The notes: a model not told the origin generated them from the sequence alone. 61,640 bases of DNA from Bacillota bacterium (GCA_029006345.1 JAQXGK010000075.1:1-61640); one strand, 5' to 3'; shown: positions 30,221 through 41,178, counted from the first letter of the stretch. A program made the numbers and translations.

Positions 30221-30967
30221 GTGAAACAGACCATTCTGACAGTTACAAATCAGACCCGTATCGCCGACGGCGTATATAAAATGACTCTCTCGGGCGACTG
30301 CACCGAGATAAAGCGGCCCGGACAGTTTGTCAACTTTGCGCTTGACGGCCTGTTTCTGCGCCGCCCGATATCCGTCTGCGACTCTTCCGGCGACTCGGTC
30401 ACTGTAATATATAAGACGGTGGGCGCCGGAACAGAAAAAATGGCGCAAATGACCGCCGGCGACCGTCTTGACACGCTTGTCGGACTGGGAAACGGCTTTG
30501 ACACGTCCAAAAGCGGCGACCGTCCGCTGCTTGTCGGCGGAGGCTGCGGACTGCCCCCGCTCTACAAGCTCTGCAAGGACTTGCTGCGAGAGGGCAAGCG
30601 GCCTGTAGTTATCGGCGGCTTCAACTCAAAAAAGGACGCATTCCTTGAGGACGAATTCAACTCGCTTGGCGTGGAATACCGCATTTCCACGGTTGACGGC
30701 AGTCTCGGCAAGCGCGGCTTTGTCACCGACGTTTTGCCGGAAACGGGCAGCTACACCTTCTTTTACTCCTGCGGACCCATAGTTATGATGAAAAATTTAA
30801 GCGCCCTCTGCCCTACCTCAGGAGAGGTCAGTCTCGAGGCGCGCATGGGCTGCGGCTTCGGAGCCTGCATGGGCTGTACCTGTGAAACCGTCTCGGGCGG
30901 CAAGCGCATATGCAAGGACGGTCCGGTCTTTCAAAAGGAGGAGGTATTATGGCAGAACTTTCAGTAA
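30221..30967 (+). CDS. pyrK: dihydroorotate dehydrogenase electron-transfer subunit
   Basis: 248 aa. FAD/NAD-binding fold and the C-terminal 2Fe-2S Cys cluster CGFGACMGCTC...C. Confidence 0.85.
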   Translation: MKQTILTVTNQTRIADGVYKMTLSGDCTEIKRPGQFVNFALDGLFLRRPISVCDSSGDSVTVIYKTVGAGTEKMAQMTAGDRLDTLVGLGNGFDTSKSGDRPLLVGGGCGLPPLYKLCKDLLREGKRPVVIGGFNSKKDAFLEDEFNSLGVEYRISTVDGSLGKRGFVTDVLPETGSYTFFYSCGPIVMMKNLSALCPTSGEVSLEARMGCGFGACMGCTCETVSGGKRICKDGPVFQKEEVLWQNFQ

Positions 30968-31860
30968 AGCTCGCTAATCTTACGCTTGACAATCCTATAA
31001 TACCGGCAAGCGGCACCTTCGGCTTCGGCTATGAATTTGCCGAACTGTACGACATAAATATTCTCGGCTCGATTTCCGTAAAGGGCACTACCAAGGAGCC
31101 GCGTCTCGGGAATCCCCTTCCGCGAATAGCCGAGTGCACCGACGGACTGATAAATTCCGTCGGGCTTCAGAATCCCGGCGTGGATAAGGTTCTGTCCGAA
31201 GAGCTGCCAAAGCTCAGACAGGTGTATTCCAAGCCGATTATTGCAAACGTCAGCGGCTTTTCGCCCGAGGAATACGCCTACACCGCAGAGCGGCTGGATT
31301 CCGACAGCTCGGTGGGAATAATCGAGGTGAATATAAGCTGTCCGAATGTTCGCTGCGGCGGAATAGCCTTCGGCACCGATAAACAAAACGCCGCACTTGT
31401 CACCAAGGCGGTAAAAGCGGCCACAAAAAAGCCGGTTTTCATCAAGCTGACTCCGAATGTCACCGATATAACCGAAATAGCGCGCGCCTGCGAAGCGGAG
31501 GGGGCGGACGGACTTTCGCTGATAAATACTCTGCTCGGCATGCGCATCGACCTTAAAACAAAAAAGCCGGTAATCGCCAATAAAATGGGCGGCTTTTCCG
31601 GCAGGGCGATACTTCCCGTGGCGCTCAGATGCGTCTGGCAGGTCTACGAGGCAGTCAATATACCGATAATCGGTATGGGCGGTATTTCTACTCCCGAAAA
31701 TGTTATCGAAATGATGCTCGCCGGTGCGACGGCGGTTCAGATAGGTGCGGAAAACCTGATAAATCCCACCGTTTGCCGCGACATAATCCAGGCACTGCCG
31801 GCGACAATGGAAAAGTACGGCATAACCGATCTTAGCAGTATAATAGGAGGAGCACACTGA
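30949..31860 (+). CDS. pyrD: dihydroorotate dehydrogenase (class 1B) catalytic subunit
   Basis: 303 aa from the ATG at 30949, with SD AAAGGAGGAGG. Motifs NPIIPASGTFGFG, NISCPN and GGIS. Confidence 0.9.
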   Translation: MAELSVKLANLTLDNPIIPASGTFGFGYEFAELYDINILGSISVKGTTKEPRLGNPLPRIAECTDGLINSVGLQNPGVDKVLSEELPKLRQVYSKPIIANVSGFSPEEYAYTAERLDSDSSVGIIEVNISCPNVRCGGIAFGTDKQNAALVTKAVKAATKKPVFIKLTPNVTDITEIARACEAEGADGLSLINTLLGMRIDLKTKKPVIANKMGGFSGRAILPVALRCVWQVYEAVNIPIIGMGGISTPENVIEMMLAGATAVQIGAENLINPTVCRDIIQALPATMEKYGITDLSSIIGGAH

Positions 31861-32558
31861 TGGGTAAGGATGTTATTATCGCCTGCGATTTTGCCGGCAA
31901 AGCTCAGGCGCTGGATTTTCTTTCGCGCTTTACGGATACCAAACCGTATGTTAAAATAGGAATGGAATTATTCTATGCCGAAGGGCCCGAAATCGTCCGT
32001 GAAATAAAAAAACGCGGCCACAAGGTGTTTCTCGACCTCAAGCTTCACGACATTCCCAACACCGTAAAGAAGTCGATGTCGGTGCTTTCCGCCCTTGATG
32101 TCGATATGGTCAACCTCCACGCAAGCGGCACGGTCGCCATGATGCAGGCCGCGCTCGAGGGTCTGACAAGAGCCGACGGCACCAGACCGCTTCTTATTGC
32201 CGTCACACAGCTCACCTCCACCTCGGAGGAGCGCATGAAATCCGACCTGCTTATTAACCAGCCGCTCGAAAAGGTGGTTTCGCACTACGCGCTGTGCGCC
32301 AAGAGCGCAGGTCTCGACGGCGTTGTATGCTCTCCCCTCGAATCCGAAGGAGTCCATTCGGTCTGCGGCAAGAGCTTTCTTACCGTAACTCCCGGAGTCC
32401 GCTTTGCCGACGGAAATATAGGCGACCAGGTCAGAGTAACCACCCCGCAAAAGGCAAAAGAACTGGGCAGTGATTATATAGTCGTAGGCAGACCGATAAC
32501 AGCGGCCGACGATCCCGTGGCGGCATATCTCCGCTGCGTAAGCGAATTTACAGACTGA
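31860..32558 (+). CDS. pyrF: orotidine-5'-phosphate decarboxylase
   Basis: 232 aa with the FLDLKLHDIPNTV motif and IVVGRPI. Confidence 0.9.
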   Translation: MGKDVIIACDFAGKAQALDFLSRFTDTKPYVKIGMELFYAEGPEIVREIKKRGHKVFLDLKLHDIPNTVKKSMSVLSALDVDMVNLHASGTVAMMQAALEGLTRADGTRPLLIAVTQLTSTSEERMKSDLLINQPLEKVVSHYALCAKSAGLDGVVCSPLESEGVHSVCGKSFLTVTPGVRFADGNIGDQVRVTTPQKAKELGSDYIVVGRPITAADDPVAAYLRCVSEFTD

Positions 32559-32589
32559 ACTGTCAAACAGAGAAAAGGAAGTACTGAAC

Positions 32590-33228
32590 ATGAAAGAACT
32601 TATAGCCAGAGATTTACTGTCGATAAAGGCGGTTTTCTTCAGACCCGACGAGCCGTTTACATGGGCGAGCGGCATAAAGAGCCCGGTATATTGCGATAAC
32701 AGACTTACCCTCACCGCTCCCAAGGTCAGAAATGATGTGGAAAACGCGCTTGCCGCCGTTATACGCGAAAAATTCCCCGAAGTTCAGGTGCTTATGGGAA
32801 CCTCTACAGCCGGTATAGCGCACGCCGCCATAACCGCGCATATCTTAGGGCTGCCGATGGGTTATGTCCGCTCGGGCTCCAAGGATCACGGCAGACAGAA
32901 TCAGATAGAGGGCAAGCTGGAAAAAGGCGAAAAGGTTGTCGTTGTAGAAGATCTCATCTCGACCGGCGGCAGCGTCATAGAAGTGGTAAACGTACTGCGC
33001 GAAGCCGGCGCGGAGGTGCTCGGCATTGTCAGCATTTTCACCTACGGCATGAAAAAAGGACTCGAGCGTCTCGCCCAAGCTGATGTAGTCAACTACTCGC
33101 TCACTGATTTTGACACTATCGCACGCGTCGCCGCAAGCGAGGGATATATACCCGAACGCGACATAGAAAGACTCATTAAATTCCGCAACAATCCGTCCGA
33201 CGAAAGCTGGATAGGCTCAAACAACTGA
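32590..33228 (+). CDS. pyrE: orotate phosphoribosyltransferase
   Basis: 212 aa with the PRPP-binding loop [13 protein letters not shown]. Confidence 0.9.
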   Translation: MKELIARDLLSIKAVFFRPDEPFTWASGIKSPVYCDNRLTLTAPKVRNDVENALAAVIREKFPEVQVLMGTSTAGIAHAAITAHILGLPMGYVRSGSKDHGRQNQIEGKLEKGEKVVVVEDLISTGGSVIEVVNVLREAGAEVLGIVSIFTYGMKKGLERLAQADVVNYSLTDFDTIARVAASEGYIPERDIERLIKFRNNPSDESWIGSNN

Positions 33229-33244
33229 AAAAGGACAGTTCAGA

Positions 33245-34336
33245 ATGAGAAACCTTATAGATATTTTTGACCTGTCGGTAGATGAAATAGACGCGCTTAT
33301 GGCGCTCGCCGACGATATAATTAAAAATCCGCGGGACTACTGTGACCGTCTGCGCGGAAAAAAGCTCGCCACACTGTTTTTCGAGCCTTCGACACGCACA
33401 AGGCTCAGCTTTGAAGCGGCTATGTACGAGCTCGGCGGGAATGTTCTCGGCTTCTCGGAGGCGGGAAATTCAAGCTCGGCGGTAAAGGGAGAAAGCATCT
33501 CCGACACCGTCAAGGTTATAAGCGCCTATGCCGATATTATTGCAATGCGCCATCCCCGTGAAGGCGCGCCGCTTGTAGCCGCCATGAAATCCGATGTGCC
33601 GATAATCAACGCCGGCGACGGCGGCCACCACCATCCGACGCAGACTCTGACCGACCTCTTTACCATCAAGCGAAAGAAGGGGCGCCTGGACAGTCTGACC
33701 ATAGGGCTGTGCGGAGACCTTAAATTCGGCAGAACGGTTCATTCTCTCATTTCCGCCCTTTCGAGATACAGAAATATCACACTTATTCTCATTTCGCCCG
33801 ACGAGCTCAGACTGCCGGGTTATATCAAAAAAGGCGTCATAGTGGAAAACGCCATGAAATACTCCGAGACTACCGACTTGGACCTTGTAATGCCGGTGCT
33901 CGACATACTCTATATGACCCGTATTCAGCAGGAGCGCTTCGCCAACCGCAGCGACTATGTGCGCCTGAAGGACAGCTATATTCTTACCGAAGAGCGGTTG
34001 AAATCCGCCAAGCCCGACCTTACCGTCATGCATCCTCTGCCGAGAGTAAACGAAATCTCCGTCGCGGTAGACCGGGATCCGAGAGCCTGCTATTTCGAGC
34101 AGGCGCGAAACGGCAAATACATCCGCATGGCTCTGATACTTTCACTGTTGAGCGAACAGTGGCTGAGCTGCCCCGATAAAAAGCAACCTTTCATTTCGCC
34201 GGTCGGAATGAAATGCGAAAACCCCTCCTGCATATCCCAGACCGAACAGGAACTGCCGCAGGAATTCCGCCTTGTGGACCGTGAAAAAGGAATATATCGC
34301 TGCCGGTACTGCGATACTGACATATTGGACAAATAA
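33245..34336 (+). CDS. pyrB: aspartate carbamoyltransferase catalytic chain fused to a PyrI-type zinc domain
   Basis: 363 aa with [13 protein letters not shown] and HPLPR. An extra C-terminal stretch of about 55 aa has CENPSC-x23-CRYC, which reproduces the PyrI C-x4-C...C-x2-C spacing. Confidence 0.9.
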   Translation: MRNLIDIFDLSVDEIDALMALADDIIKNPRDYCDRLRGKKLATLFFEPSTRTRLSFEAAMYELGGNVLGFSEAGNSSSAVKGESISDTVKVISAYADIIAMRHPREGAPLVAAMKSDVPIINAGDGGHHHPTQTLTDLFTIKRKKGRLDSLTIGLCGDLKFGRTVHSLISALSRYRNITLILISPDELRLPGYIKKGVIVENAMKYSETTDLDLVMPVLDILYMTRIQQERFANRSDYVRLKDSYILTEERLKSAKPDLTVMHPLPRVNEISVAVDRDPRACYFEQARNGKYIRMALILSLLSEQWLSCPDKKQPFISPVGMKCENPSCISQTEQELPQEFRLVDREKGIYRCRYCDTDILDK

Positions 34337-34394
34337 AGACGGCGTTTCCGAGTTCAATTTTCTGTTTTAACAATTTGAAACTACGGTCTTTTGC

Positions 34395-34423
34395 TTGACT
34401 ATTTGGCCGAAGTAGTATATAAT
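34395..34423 (+). promoter_or_regulatory. sigma-A promoter of the pur operon (TTGACT-17-TATAAT)
   Basis: -35 at 34395-34400 and -10 at 34418-34423 with a 17-nt spacer. Confidence 0.6.
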
Positions 34424-34469
34424 GATGGCAGAATAATTGTCGAAACAACATTGTTTATACAGAGGGTTT

Positions 34470-34573
34470 TTTGCTACTGACGGAAGTGGGTTACCACAAG
34501 GGAGCTTAAAGCTAATAACAATGCCGACCGTCTGGGCAGTCCTATTACCGCATAGGACTGCCTTACTTATTTT
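34470..34573 (+). promoter_or_regulatory. ZTP (pfl-motif) riboswitch with terminator expression platform
   Basis: 5' subdomain is CUACUGACGGAAGUGGGUUACCACAAGGGAGC (consensus ..ACUGGCG..GUGGG..CCAC..GGGGAGC). 3' element is CCGUCUGGGCA (consensus CCGCCUGGGCA). The pseudoknot pair covaries: GACGG at 34479-83 with CCGUC at 34528-32. The 3' element overlaps an 11-bp terminator stem (GGCAGTCCTAT / ATAGGACTGCC) followed by TTACTTATTTT. Confidence 0.7.
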
Positions 34574-34603
34574 CAGGTACAACCAGAAAGGATAGGTCAC
34601 AAA

Positions 34604-35104
34604 ATGAAAAAAGTAGCAGTGATAATGGGAAGCGACAGCGATCTTCCGGTCGTTGAAAAGGCCATAAATACCCTGAAGGACTTTGATATTCCCTGCGAGG
34701 TTCACGTATTCTCGGCGCACCGCACTCCGGCAGAGGCACGCGAATTCATAGTAAACGCGCGTGCAAACGGCTTCGGAGCGATAATAGCCGCCGCCGGAAA
34801 AGCCGCACATCTTGCCGGTGCGCTCGCCGCAGGCACGACGCTGCCGGTCATAGGAATTCCCGTCAAAAGCTCGACTCTCGACGGACTCGACGCCCTTCTC
34901 TCGACTGTTCAGATGCCCTCCGGCATACCGGTTGCCACAGTAGCCATTGACGGCGCTCAGAATGCCGCTTTGCTCGCCGCGCAGATTCTCTCGGTCGAGG
35001 ACAGCGCTTTGGCCGCAAAGCTCGACGAGGCGCGCAGCAAAGCCGCTAAGGCGGTACTGCAGAAAAACTCTGAAATATCGAAAAAATACAGCACGGCCGA
35101 TTAA
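34604..35104 (+). CDS. purE: 5-(carboxyamino)imidazole ribonucleotide mutase PurE (class not determined)
   Basis: 166 aa with VAVIMGSDSDLP, SAHRTP and AAHLAG. Confidence 0.9.
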   Translation: MKKVAVIMGSDSDLPVVEKAINTLKDFDIPCEVHVFSAHRTPAEAREFIVNARANGFGAIIAAAGKAAHLAGALAAGTTLPVIGIPVKSSTLDGLDALLSTVQMPSGIPVATVAIDGAQNAALLAAQILSVEDSALAAKLDEARSKAAKAVLQKNSEISKKYSTAD

Positions 35105-35146
35105 ATACAGAAAAAAATAAATCCATATAAATGAAAGGTGATTAAA

Positions 35147-35857
35147 ATGGAAAAAACAAATCAGCTTTACGAAGGCAAGGCAAAAAAGGTTTTCGCAACC
35201 ACCGATCCGGAGCTCTGCATAGTATCCTACAAGGATGACGCTACAGCGTTCAACGGTCTCAAGAAGGGTACCATCCTCGGAAAGGGTGCCATCAATAACC
35301 GAGTCACCAATCATCTCATGAAGCTGCTTGAGAAGAACGGCATTCCGACTCACTTCGTCGAGGAGCTCAATGACCGCGAGACAGTAGTAAAGAAAGTTAA
35401 GATTGTCCCGCTTGAAGTAATTGTCCGTAACATCGCCGCCGGCTCCCTTGCAAAGCGCCTCGGTCTCGAAGAAGGAACCCGCATGGCAAAGACAGTCATC
35501 GAGTATTCCTACAAGAACGATGAGCTCGGCGATCCCATGGTAAATGAATACCATATATTTGCAATGAATTTCGCAACTCCCGAGGAGCTGAAGCTTATCG
35601 CCGATTATTCGCTAAAAACAAATAAGATTCTCAGCGAATATCTGAGCGAATCAAACATCGAACTCGTTGACTTCAAGCTTGAGTTCGGAAAGACAAGTGA
35701 CGGTACGATAGTGCTTGCAGACGAGATTTCGCCCGACACCTGCCGTTTCTGGGATACCAACACCCACGAAAAGCTCGACAAGGATCGCTTCAGACGCGAT
35801 TTGGGCGGCGTAGAGGACGCGTATCAGGAAATTCTCAAGCGCCTGATCGGCGAGTAA
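35147..35857 (+). CDS. purC: SAICAR synthase
   Basis: 236 aa from the ATG at 35147, with [20 protein letters not shown] and a typical PurC core. Confidence 0.9.
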   Translation: MEKTNQLYEGKAKKVFATTDPELCIVSYKDDATAFNGLKKGTILGKGAINNRVTNHLMKLLEKNGIPTHFVEELNDRETVVKKVKIVPLEVIVRNIAAGSLAKRLGLEEGTRMAKTVIEYSYKNDELGDPMVNEYHIFAMNFATPEELKLIADYSLKTNKILSEYLSESNIELVDFKLEFGKTSDGTIVLADEISPDTCRFWDTNTHEKLDKDRFRRDLGGVEDAYQEILKRLIGE

Positions 35858-35889
35858 TTCTTTGTATATAAGAAAGGTATGGTTGGATT

Positions 35890-37317
35890 TTGAGTAACAT
35901 ACATGAGGAATGCGGCGTATTCGGCGTATTCTCCCCCACCTCGGAAAATCTCGCCTCGACGGTGTACTACGGGCTGTTTGCTCTTCAGCACAGAGGTCAG
36001 GAAAGCTGCGGCATAGTAGTTAACGACGACGGGCTCTTTAATTCCTACAAGGATGTAGGTCTTGTAAACGATGTATTTACGCCCGCCGCTCTTGAAAGTC
36101 TCGGCAATGGCAATATCGCGGTCGGTCACGTCAGATACGGCACCACCGGAACCACCGACCGTCTCAATTCTCAGCCTATTGTGGTAAATCACATCAAAGG
36201 CAGAATGGCGCTTGCCCACAACGGCAACCTTGTCAATTCGGCAGAGCTTCGCGAGGAGCTGGAGCTGTGCGGCTCGATTTTTCACACTACCAGCGACACC
36301 GAGGTCATTTCCTATATAATCACAAAGGAGCGGATTTCCGCTCCGTCAATAGAGGAAGCAATCAACCGCGCCATGAACAGGATTCGCGGCGCTTACTCGC
36401 TCGTTATAATGTCACCCTCCAAGCTTATCGCCGTTCGCGACGAAAACGGCTTCCGCCCGCTTTGCTACGGCAAAAAGGAGGATGGCAGCTTTGTTGTTGC
36501 GAGTGAAAGCTGTGCGCTCGACGCGGTCGGCGCCACCTTTGTCCGCGACCTGCTTCCCGGCGAGATAGTCATTTTTGAACGCAGCGGCGTACGCTCGATT
36601 ACCGATCACTGCAACAAGGTCAAGCCGTCGCTGTGCGTATTTGAATACATCTACTTCGCCCGTCCGGACTCGGTCATCGACGGCTGTTCGGTCCATTCGG
36701 CGCGTCTGCGTGCGGGCTCGTTCCTTGCCCTCGAGCATCCTGTTCAGGCAGACATAGTTATCGGCGTGCCGGACTCCGGCCTCGACGCCGCGATAGGCTA
36801 TTCCAGACAGTCGGGAATACCGTACGGAATAGGCTTTATCAAGAATAAATACATCGGACGAACCTTTATTTCGCCCGGGCAAAGCTCGCGTGAGGACAAG
36901 GTAAAAATCAAGCTTAACGTCATTGAAGAAGTGGTTCGCGGCAAGCGCGTGGTGCTTATAGACGACTCAATTGTACGCGGCACCACAAGCGCACGGATAG
37001 TGAAGCTTTTGCGCGAAGCCGGCACCTCCGAGGTGCATATGCGGGTCTCGGCTCCGTCCTTCCTGAATCCCTGCTACTACGGCACGGACATCGACTCGCG
37101 CGATTCGCTCATCGCCGTAAAGCACACCGTACCGGAAATAGCTAAAATCATCGGCGTTGATTCCCTCGGCTATCTCAGCGTCGAGCACGCAAAAATGATT
37201 GCCGCCGGCGCAAATCACGACGGCTTCTGCACAGCCTGCTTCGACGGAGTGTACCCCACCGAAATACCCAAGGAAACGGAAAAGAACCGTTTTGAAAAGA
37301 GAATCAGTGAAAAATAA
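35890..37317 (+). CDS. purF: amidophosphoribosyltransferase
   Basis: 475 aa. A short propeptide precedes the nucleophile Cys (..HEECGVFGV). PRPP loop [14 protein letters not shown]-terminal Fe-S Cys residues. TTG start. Confidence 0.9.
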   Translation: MSNIHEECGVFGVFSPTSENLASTVYYGLFALQHRGQESCGIVVNDDGLFNSYKDVGLVNDVFTPAALESLGNGNIAVGHVRYGTTGTTDRLNSQPIVVNHIKGRMALAHNGNLVNSAELREELELCGSIFHTTSDTEVISYIITKERISAPSIEEAINRAMNRIRGAYSLVIMSPSKLIAVRDENGFRPLCYGKKEDGSFVVASESCALDAVGATFVRDLLPGEIVIFERSGVRSITDHCNKVKPSLCVFEYIYFARPDSVIDGCSVHSARLRAGSFLALEHPVQADIVIGVPDSGLDAAIGYSRQSGIPYGIGFIKNKYIGRTFISPGQSSREDKVKIKLNVIEEVVRGKRVVLIDDSIVRGTTSARIVKLLREAGTSEVHMRVSAPSFLNPCYYGTDIDSRDSLIAVKHTVPEIAKIIGVDSLGYLSVEHAKMIAAGANHDGFCTACFDGVYPTEIPKETEKNRFEKRISEK

Positions 37318-37346
37318 CATCCTCTGACCGAAGAAAGGATAAATCT

Positions 37347-38384
37347 ATGAAAAGTTTCAGCGAAAGCTATAAGGCGGCGGGAGTTGACATCACCGCAGGA
37401 TACAAGGCTGTCGAGCTTATGAAAAAGCACATTGCCCGCACTATGACCGCAAGTGCCGTGTCGGATATCGGCGGCTTCGGCGGACTGTTCTCACTCGACC
37501 TTGAGGGGATAAAAAAGCCTGTGCTTGTCAGCGGAACGGACGGAGTCGGCACCAAGCTCAAGCTCGCTTTCCTGATGGATAAGCACGACACCGTTGGTAT
37601 CGACTGCGTTGCCATGTGCGTAAATGACATTATCTGCTGCGGCGCAAAGCCTCTGTTTTTCCTCGACTACATCGCCTGCGGAAAGAATGTTCCCGAGCGC
37701 ATAGCAGACATCGTATCAGGTGTTGCCGAGGGCTGTGTTCAGTCGGGTGCGGCTCTTATCGGCGGCGAAACCGCCGAAATGCCCGGCTTCTATCCCCAGG
37801 ATGAATACGACCTTGCCGGCTTCTCGGTAGGCGTTGTCGACAAGGACAAGGTACTCGACAAGACTGCCGTGACAGAGGGCGATGTAATAATAGCGCTCCC
37901 CTCCAGCGGAGTACATTCAAACGGCTTCTCTCTCGTCAGAAAGATTTTTGATGTCGAAAAATCGGATATCAAGTCTCCCGTTGCAGAACTCGGCGGAAAA
38001 TCGGTCGGCGAAACATTGCTGACCCCTACACGCATTTATGTCAAGCCCATGCTGGCTCTTTTTGATAAAATCACCGTAAAAGCGGTTTCTCACATCACGG
38101 GCGGCGGCTTCTACGAAAACATCCCGCGCAGCCTTCCCGCAGGCTTCAGCGCGAAAATAGAGGAAAAGGCTGTCCGCGTGCTTCCGATATTCGACCTTCT
38201 CGCAAGCACCGGAAATATTCCCAAGCGGGATATGTACAACACCTACAACATGGGCGTCGGAATGAGCGTCGTCGTTTCGGCTGACGATGCCGACCGGGCA
38301 CTCTCGATTCTCAGAGAAAACGGCGAGGACGCCTACATAATCGGAGAGACCGTCCGTTCGGACGAAGGCGTAATAATATGCTGA
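37347..38384 (+). CDS. purM: AIR synthase
   Basis: 345 aa with [14 protein letters not shown] and a PurM-like core. Confidence 0.9.
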   Translation: MKSFSESYKAAGVDITAGYKAVELMKKHIARTMTASAVSDIGGFGGLFSLDLEGIKKPVLVSGTDGVGTKLKLAFLMDKHDTVGIDCVAMCVNDIICCGAKPLFFLDYIACGKNVPERIADIVSGVAEGCVQSGAALIGGETAEMPGFYPQDEYDLAGFSVGVVDKDKVLDKTAVTEGDVIIALPSSGVHSNGFSLVRKIFDVEKSDIKSPVAELGGKSVGETLLTPTRIYVKPMLALFDKITVKAVSHITGGGFYENIPRSLPAGFSAKIEEKAVRVLPIFDLLASTGNIPKRDMYNTYNMGVGMSVVVSADDADRALSILRENGEDAYIIGETVRSDEGVIIC

Positions 38385-38995
38385 AAACAAAAATAGCCGT
38401 CCTGGTTTCAGGCGGCGGAACTAATCTTCAGGCGCTCATAGACGCCCAGGCTTCCGGAATAATCAAATCCGGGGAAATTACGCTGGTAATATCAAACAAT
38501 CCCGAAGCTTATGCGCTCGAGCGTGCAAAGGCGGCAGGAATCGCTGCCTGCGTAATATCCCGTAAGCTTGTCGGAAGTATGGATGCGTTCGAACAGAAGC
38601 TCTGCCAAACTCTCGACGAGAATTCTATCGACCTTATCGTGCTTGCCGGATTTATGAGTATTCTCTCGGAAAGCTTCACCTCGCGCTATCGCGGCCGGAT
38701 AATCAATATTCATCCCTCGCTCATTCCGTCTTTTTGCGGCAAGGGCTTCTACGGACTGAGGGTGCACGAGGCTGCACTTGAACGCGGAGTTAAGGTGACC
38801 GGCGCTACGGTGCATTTTGTAAACGAAATTCCCGACGGCGGAGAAATAATCATGCAAAAAGCGGTCGCCATACGCAAAAACGACACTCCGGAGACGCTTC
38901 AGAAGCGAGTAATGCAGCAGGCTGAGTGGAAAATCCTCCCCATGGCGGCCGAAAAGATATCAAAACTTATCGCTAAGTCAAAAGAAAGGCAGTAA
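38378..38995 (+). CDS. purN: GAR formyltransferase
   Basis: 205 aa with [25 protein letters not shown] and VHFV. Confidence 0.9.
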   Translation: MLKTKIAVLVSGGGTNLQALIDAQASGIIKSGEITLVISNNPEAYALERAKAAGIAACVISRKLVGSMDAFEQKLCQTLDENSIDLIVLAGFMSILSESFTSRYRGRIINIHPSLIPSFCGKGFYGLRVHEAALERGVKVTGATVHFVNEIPDGGEIIMQKAVAIRKNDTPETLQKRVMQQAEWKILPMAAEKISKLIAKSKERQ

Positions 38996-39000
38996 CTACA

Positions 39001-39720
39001 ATGAATGTATATGAAACCGGCACCGTCGATACACTTATCCGCGGCAACAGCTATGTAGGCAGAGGCATAATCGTCGGTCTTACTCCCGATAAAAAGAATG
39101 CAGTCGCCGCATATTTCATCATGGGCAGAAGCGAAAACAGCCGCAACCGCGTGTTTGTGGAAAGCGGCGACGATGTCACGATTTATCCGTTCGACGAAAG
39201 CAAGGTGGAAGACCCGTCGCTGATCATATATTCTCCCGTCCGCAGGCTGGGCGATAAGCTGATAGTCACAAACGGCGACCAGACCGACACCGTGTACAGC
39301 TTCCTGTCCGAGGGCAAGTCATTTGAAGCGGCTCTTGATACACGCGAATTTGAACCGGACCGTCCGAATTTTACACCCAGGATAAGCGCCCTGTTGGATT
39401 TGGACAAAGTTTTTACATACAAGATGAATATTCTGAAAAGCGGAGACCCCGAAGGAACCGTATGCTCGCGCTTTAACTTCTCATACACGGCTCTTCCCGG
39501 ACTCGGCCACTTCATTCATACATACGTCTGCGACGGCAACCCCATCCCGACCTTTACGGGCGAGCCGGAGCGCATTGAAACCGAAAACGACATTGACGCA
39601 TTTACCGATAAGCTCTGGAATGCGCTCGATGAAAATAATAAGATATCACTGTATGTCCGCTACATCAATCTTGCGGACGGAACGGCAGAAAACCGTATGA
39701 TAAACAAAAACCACAAGTAA
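39001..39720 (+). CDS. purO: IMP cyclohydrolase, PurO-like (archaeal-type)
   Basis: 239 aa. N-terminal YVGRGIIVG...AYFIMGRSENSRNR is typical of the stand-alone IMP cyclohydrolase family. Confidence 0.75.
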   Translation: MNVYETGTVDTLIRGNSYVGRGIIVGLTPDKKNAVAAYFIMGRSENSRNRVFVESGDDVTIYPFDESKVEDPSLIIYSPVRRLGDKLIVTNGDQTDTVYSFLSEGKSFEAALDTREFEPDRPNFTPRISALLDLDKVFTYKMNILKSGDPEGTVCSRFNFSYTALPGLGHFIHTYVCDGNPIPTFTGEPERIETENDIDAFTDKLWNALDENNKISLYVRYINLADGTAENRMINKNHK

Positions 39721-39741
39721 TTACAGAAAGGCGGTACAAAA

Positions 39742-41178
39742 ATGGCAGACAGTAAGGACAGCTACATTTCCCCACTTTCGACAAGATATGCGAGTGCCGA
39801 AATGCAGCATATTTTCTCTCAGAATTTCAAATTCCGCACATGGCGCAGACTGTGGATATCCCTCGCAAAGGCGGAGCGCGAGCTCGGACTGAATATTACA
39901 AGCGAGCAGATTGCCGAGCTTGAAGCGCATAAGGACGACATCAACTACGATGTAGCCGAAGCGCGCGAAAAGGAAGTGCGGCATGATGTAATGAGCCATG
40001 TCTACGCCTACGGCAAGCAGTGTCCCAAGGCCGAGGGAATCATCCATCTCGGTGCGACAAGCTGCTATGTCGGCGACAATACGGATGTCATAATCCTGCG
40101 CGAGGCTTCAAAGCTCGTGCTCAAAAAAGCGGCGCAGGTAATAAAGAACCTCTCTGAGTTCTCCGAAAAATACAAAGCCCTGCCCTGCCTCGCCTATACG
40201 CATCTTCAGCCGGCGCAGCTGACTACGGTCGGCAAGCGTGCAACGCTTTGGATATATGAGCTTATACAGGATGTCAACGCCCTCGAGTACCAGCTTTCAC
40301 AGCTCAAGCTCCTCGGTTCGAAGGGCACTACCGGCACTCAGGCAAGCTTTATGGAGCTTTTTGACGGCGACCAAGCAAAGGTCAAGCGTCTCGAAGAGCT
40401 CATTGCCGCCGATATGGGCTTCTCCGGCTGTGTTCCGGTTTCCGGTCAGACATATTCGCGCAAGGTGGATTCTTATTTTCTCGCCTGCCTTTCGGGCTTT
40501 GCACAGAGCGCATATAAGTTTTCAAATGATCTTCGCCTGCTTCAGTCCTTTGAGGAGGTCGAAGAGCCGTTTGAGGAATCGCAGATAGGCTCGTCCGCCA
40601 TGCCCTACAAGCGCAATCCCATGCGAAGCGAAAGAATTTCCTCCCTCGCCCGTTATGTCATCGCGGACTCTCTCAATCCGGCGTTTACGGCAGGAACACA
40701 GTGGTTTGAACGCACGCTCGACGACAGTGCCAACAAGCGCATATCGGTCGCCGAAGCATTCCTGGCAGTTGACGCGATACTCAATATTTACATAAATATC
40801 TCCTCCGGACTGGTAGTTTACGACCGCGTCATATACCGCCGCGTAATGGAGAAGCTGCCGTTTATGGCAACCGAAAACATACTTATGAAATCGGTCAAAA
40901 AGGGCGCAAGCCGTCAGGAGCTTCACGAAAGGCTCCGCACTCATTCTCAGGCCGCGGCCACAAAGGTCAAGCTTGAGGGCGGTGCGAACGATTTGATTGA
41001 ACGCATAGAGAAAGACGAAGCTTTCCCGCTTTCCCGCGAGGAAATAGAAAACGAGCTCGACCCTGCTCGCTATATCGGCAGATGCCCCGCTCAGGTAGAG
41101 GAATTTAATTCCGAAATAGTCGCACCGGTACTTGCCCGTCTCTATGAAGGCGAAGTCGAATCGGTACTCAACGTATAA
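39742..41178 (+). CDS. purB: adenylosuccinate lyase
   Basis: 478 aa with the fumarate-lyase signature GSSAMPYKRNP. Confidence 0.9.
   Translation: MADSKDSYISPLSTRYASAEMQHIFSQNFKFRTWRRLWISLAKAERELGLNITSEQIAELEAHKDDINYDVAEAREKEVRHDVMSHVYAYGKQCPKAEGIIHLGATSCYVGDNTDVIILREASKLVLKKAAQVIKNLSEFSEKYKALPCLAYTHLQPAQLTTVGKRATLWIYELIQDVNALEYQLSQLKLLGSKGTTGTQASFMELFDGDQAKVKRLEELIAADMGFSGCVPVSGQTYSRKVDSYFLACLSGFAQSAYKFSNDLRLLQSFEEVEEPFEESQIGSSAMPYKRNPMRSERISSLARYVIADSLNPAFTAGTQWFERTLDDSANKRISVAEAFLAVDAILNIYINISSGLVVYDRVIYRRVMEKLPFMATENILMKSVKKGASRQELHERLRTHSQAAATKVKLEGGANDLIERIEKDEAFPLSREEIENELDPARYIGRCPAQVEEFNSEIVAPVLARLYEGEVESVLNV

Noticed and set aside
34441-34603. A purine (guanine/adenine) riboswitch upstream of purE, as in Bacillus pur operons.
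   Set aside because: I could not find the conserved three-way-junction loops (..UAUAAUCGCGUGGAUAUGGCACGCA..-type). The sequence fits the ZTP/pfl cores instead.
34604-35104. The absence of purK next to purE, as evidence for a class II (CO2-using) PurE.
   Set aside because: I cannot assign the PurE class from the sequence by eye, and purK may lie elsewhere in the genome. This needs a genome-wide search and class-specific motif analysis.
34367-35554. A 395-aa minus-strand ORF covering the pur promoter, the riboswitch, purE and part of purC.
   Set aside because: It is antisense to well-supported genes and to the riboswitch. It has no motifs and is a shadow ORF.
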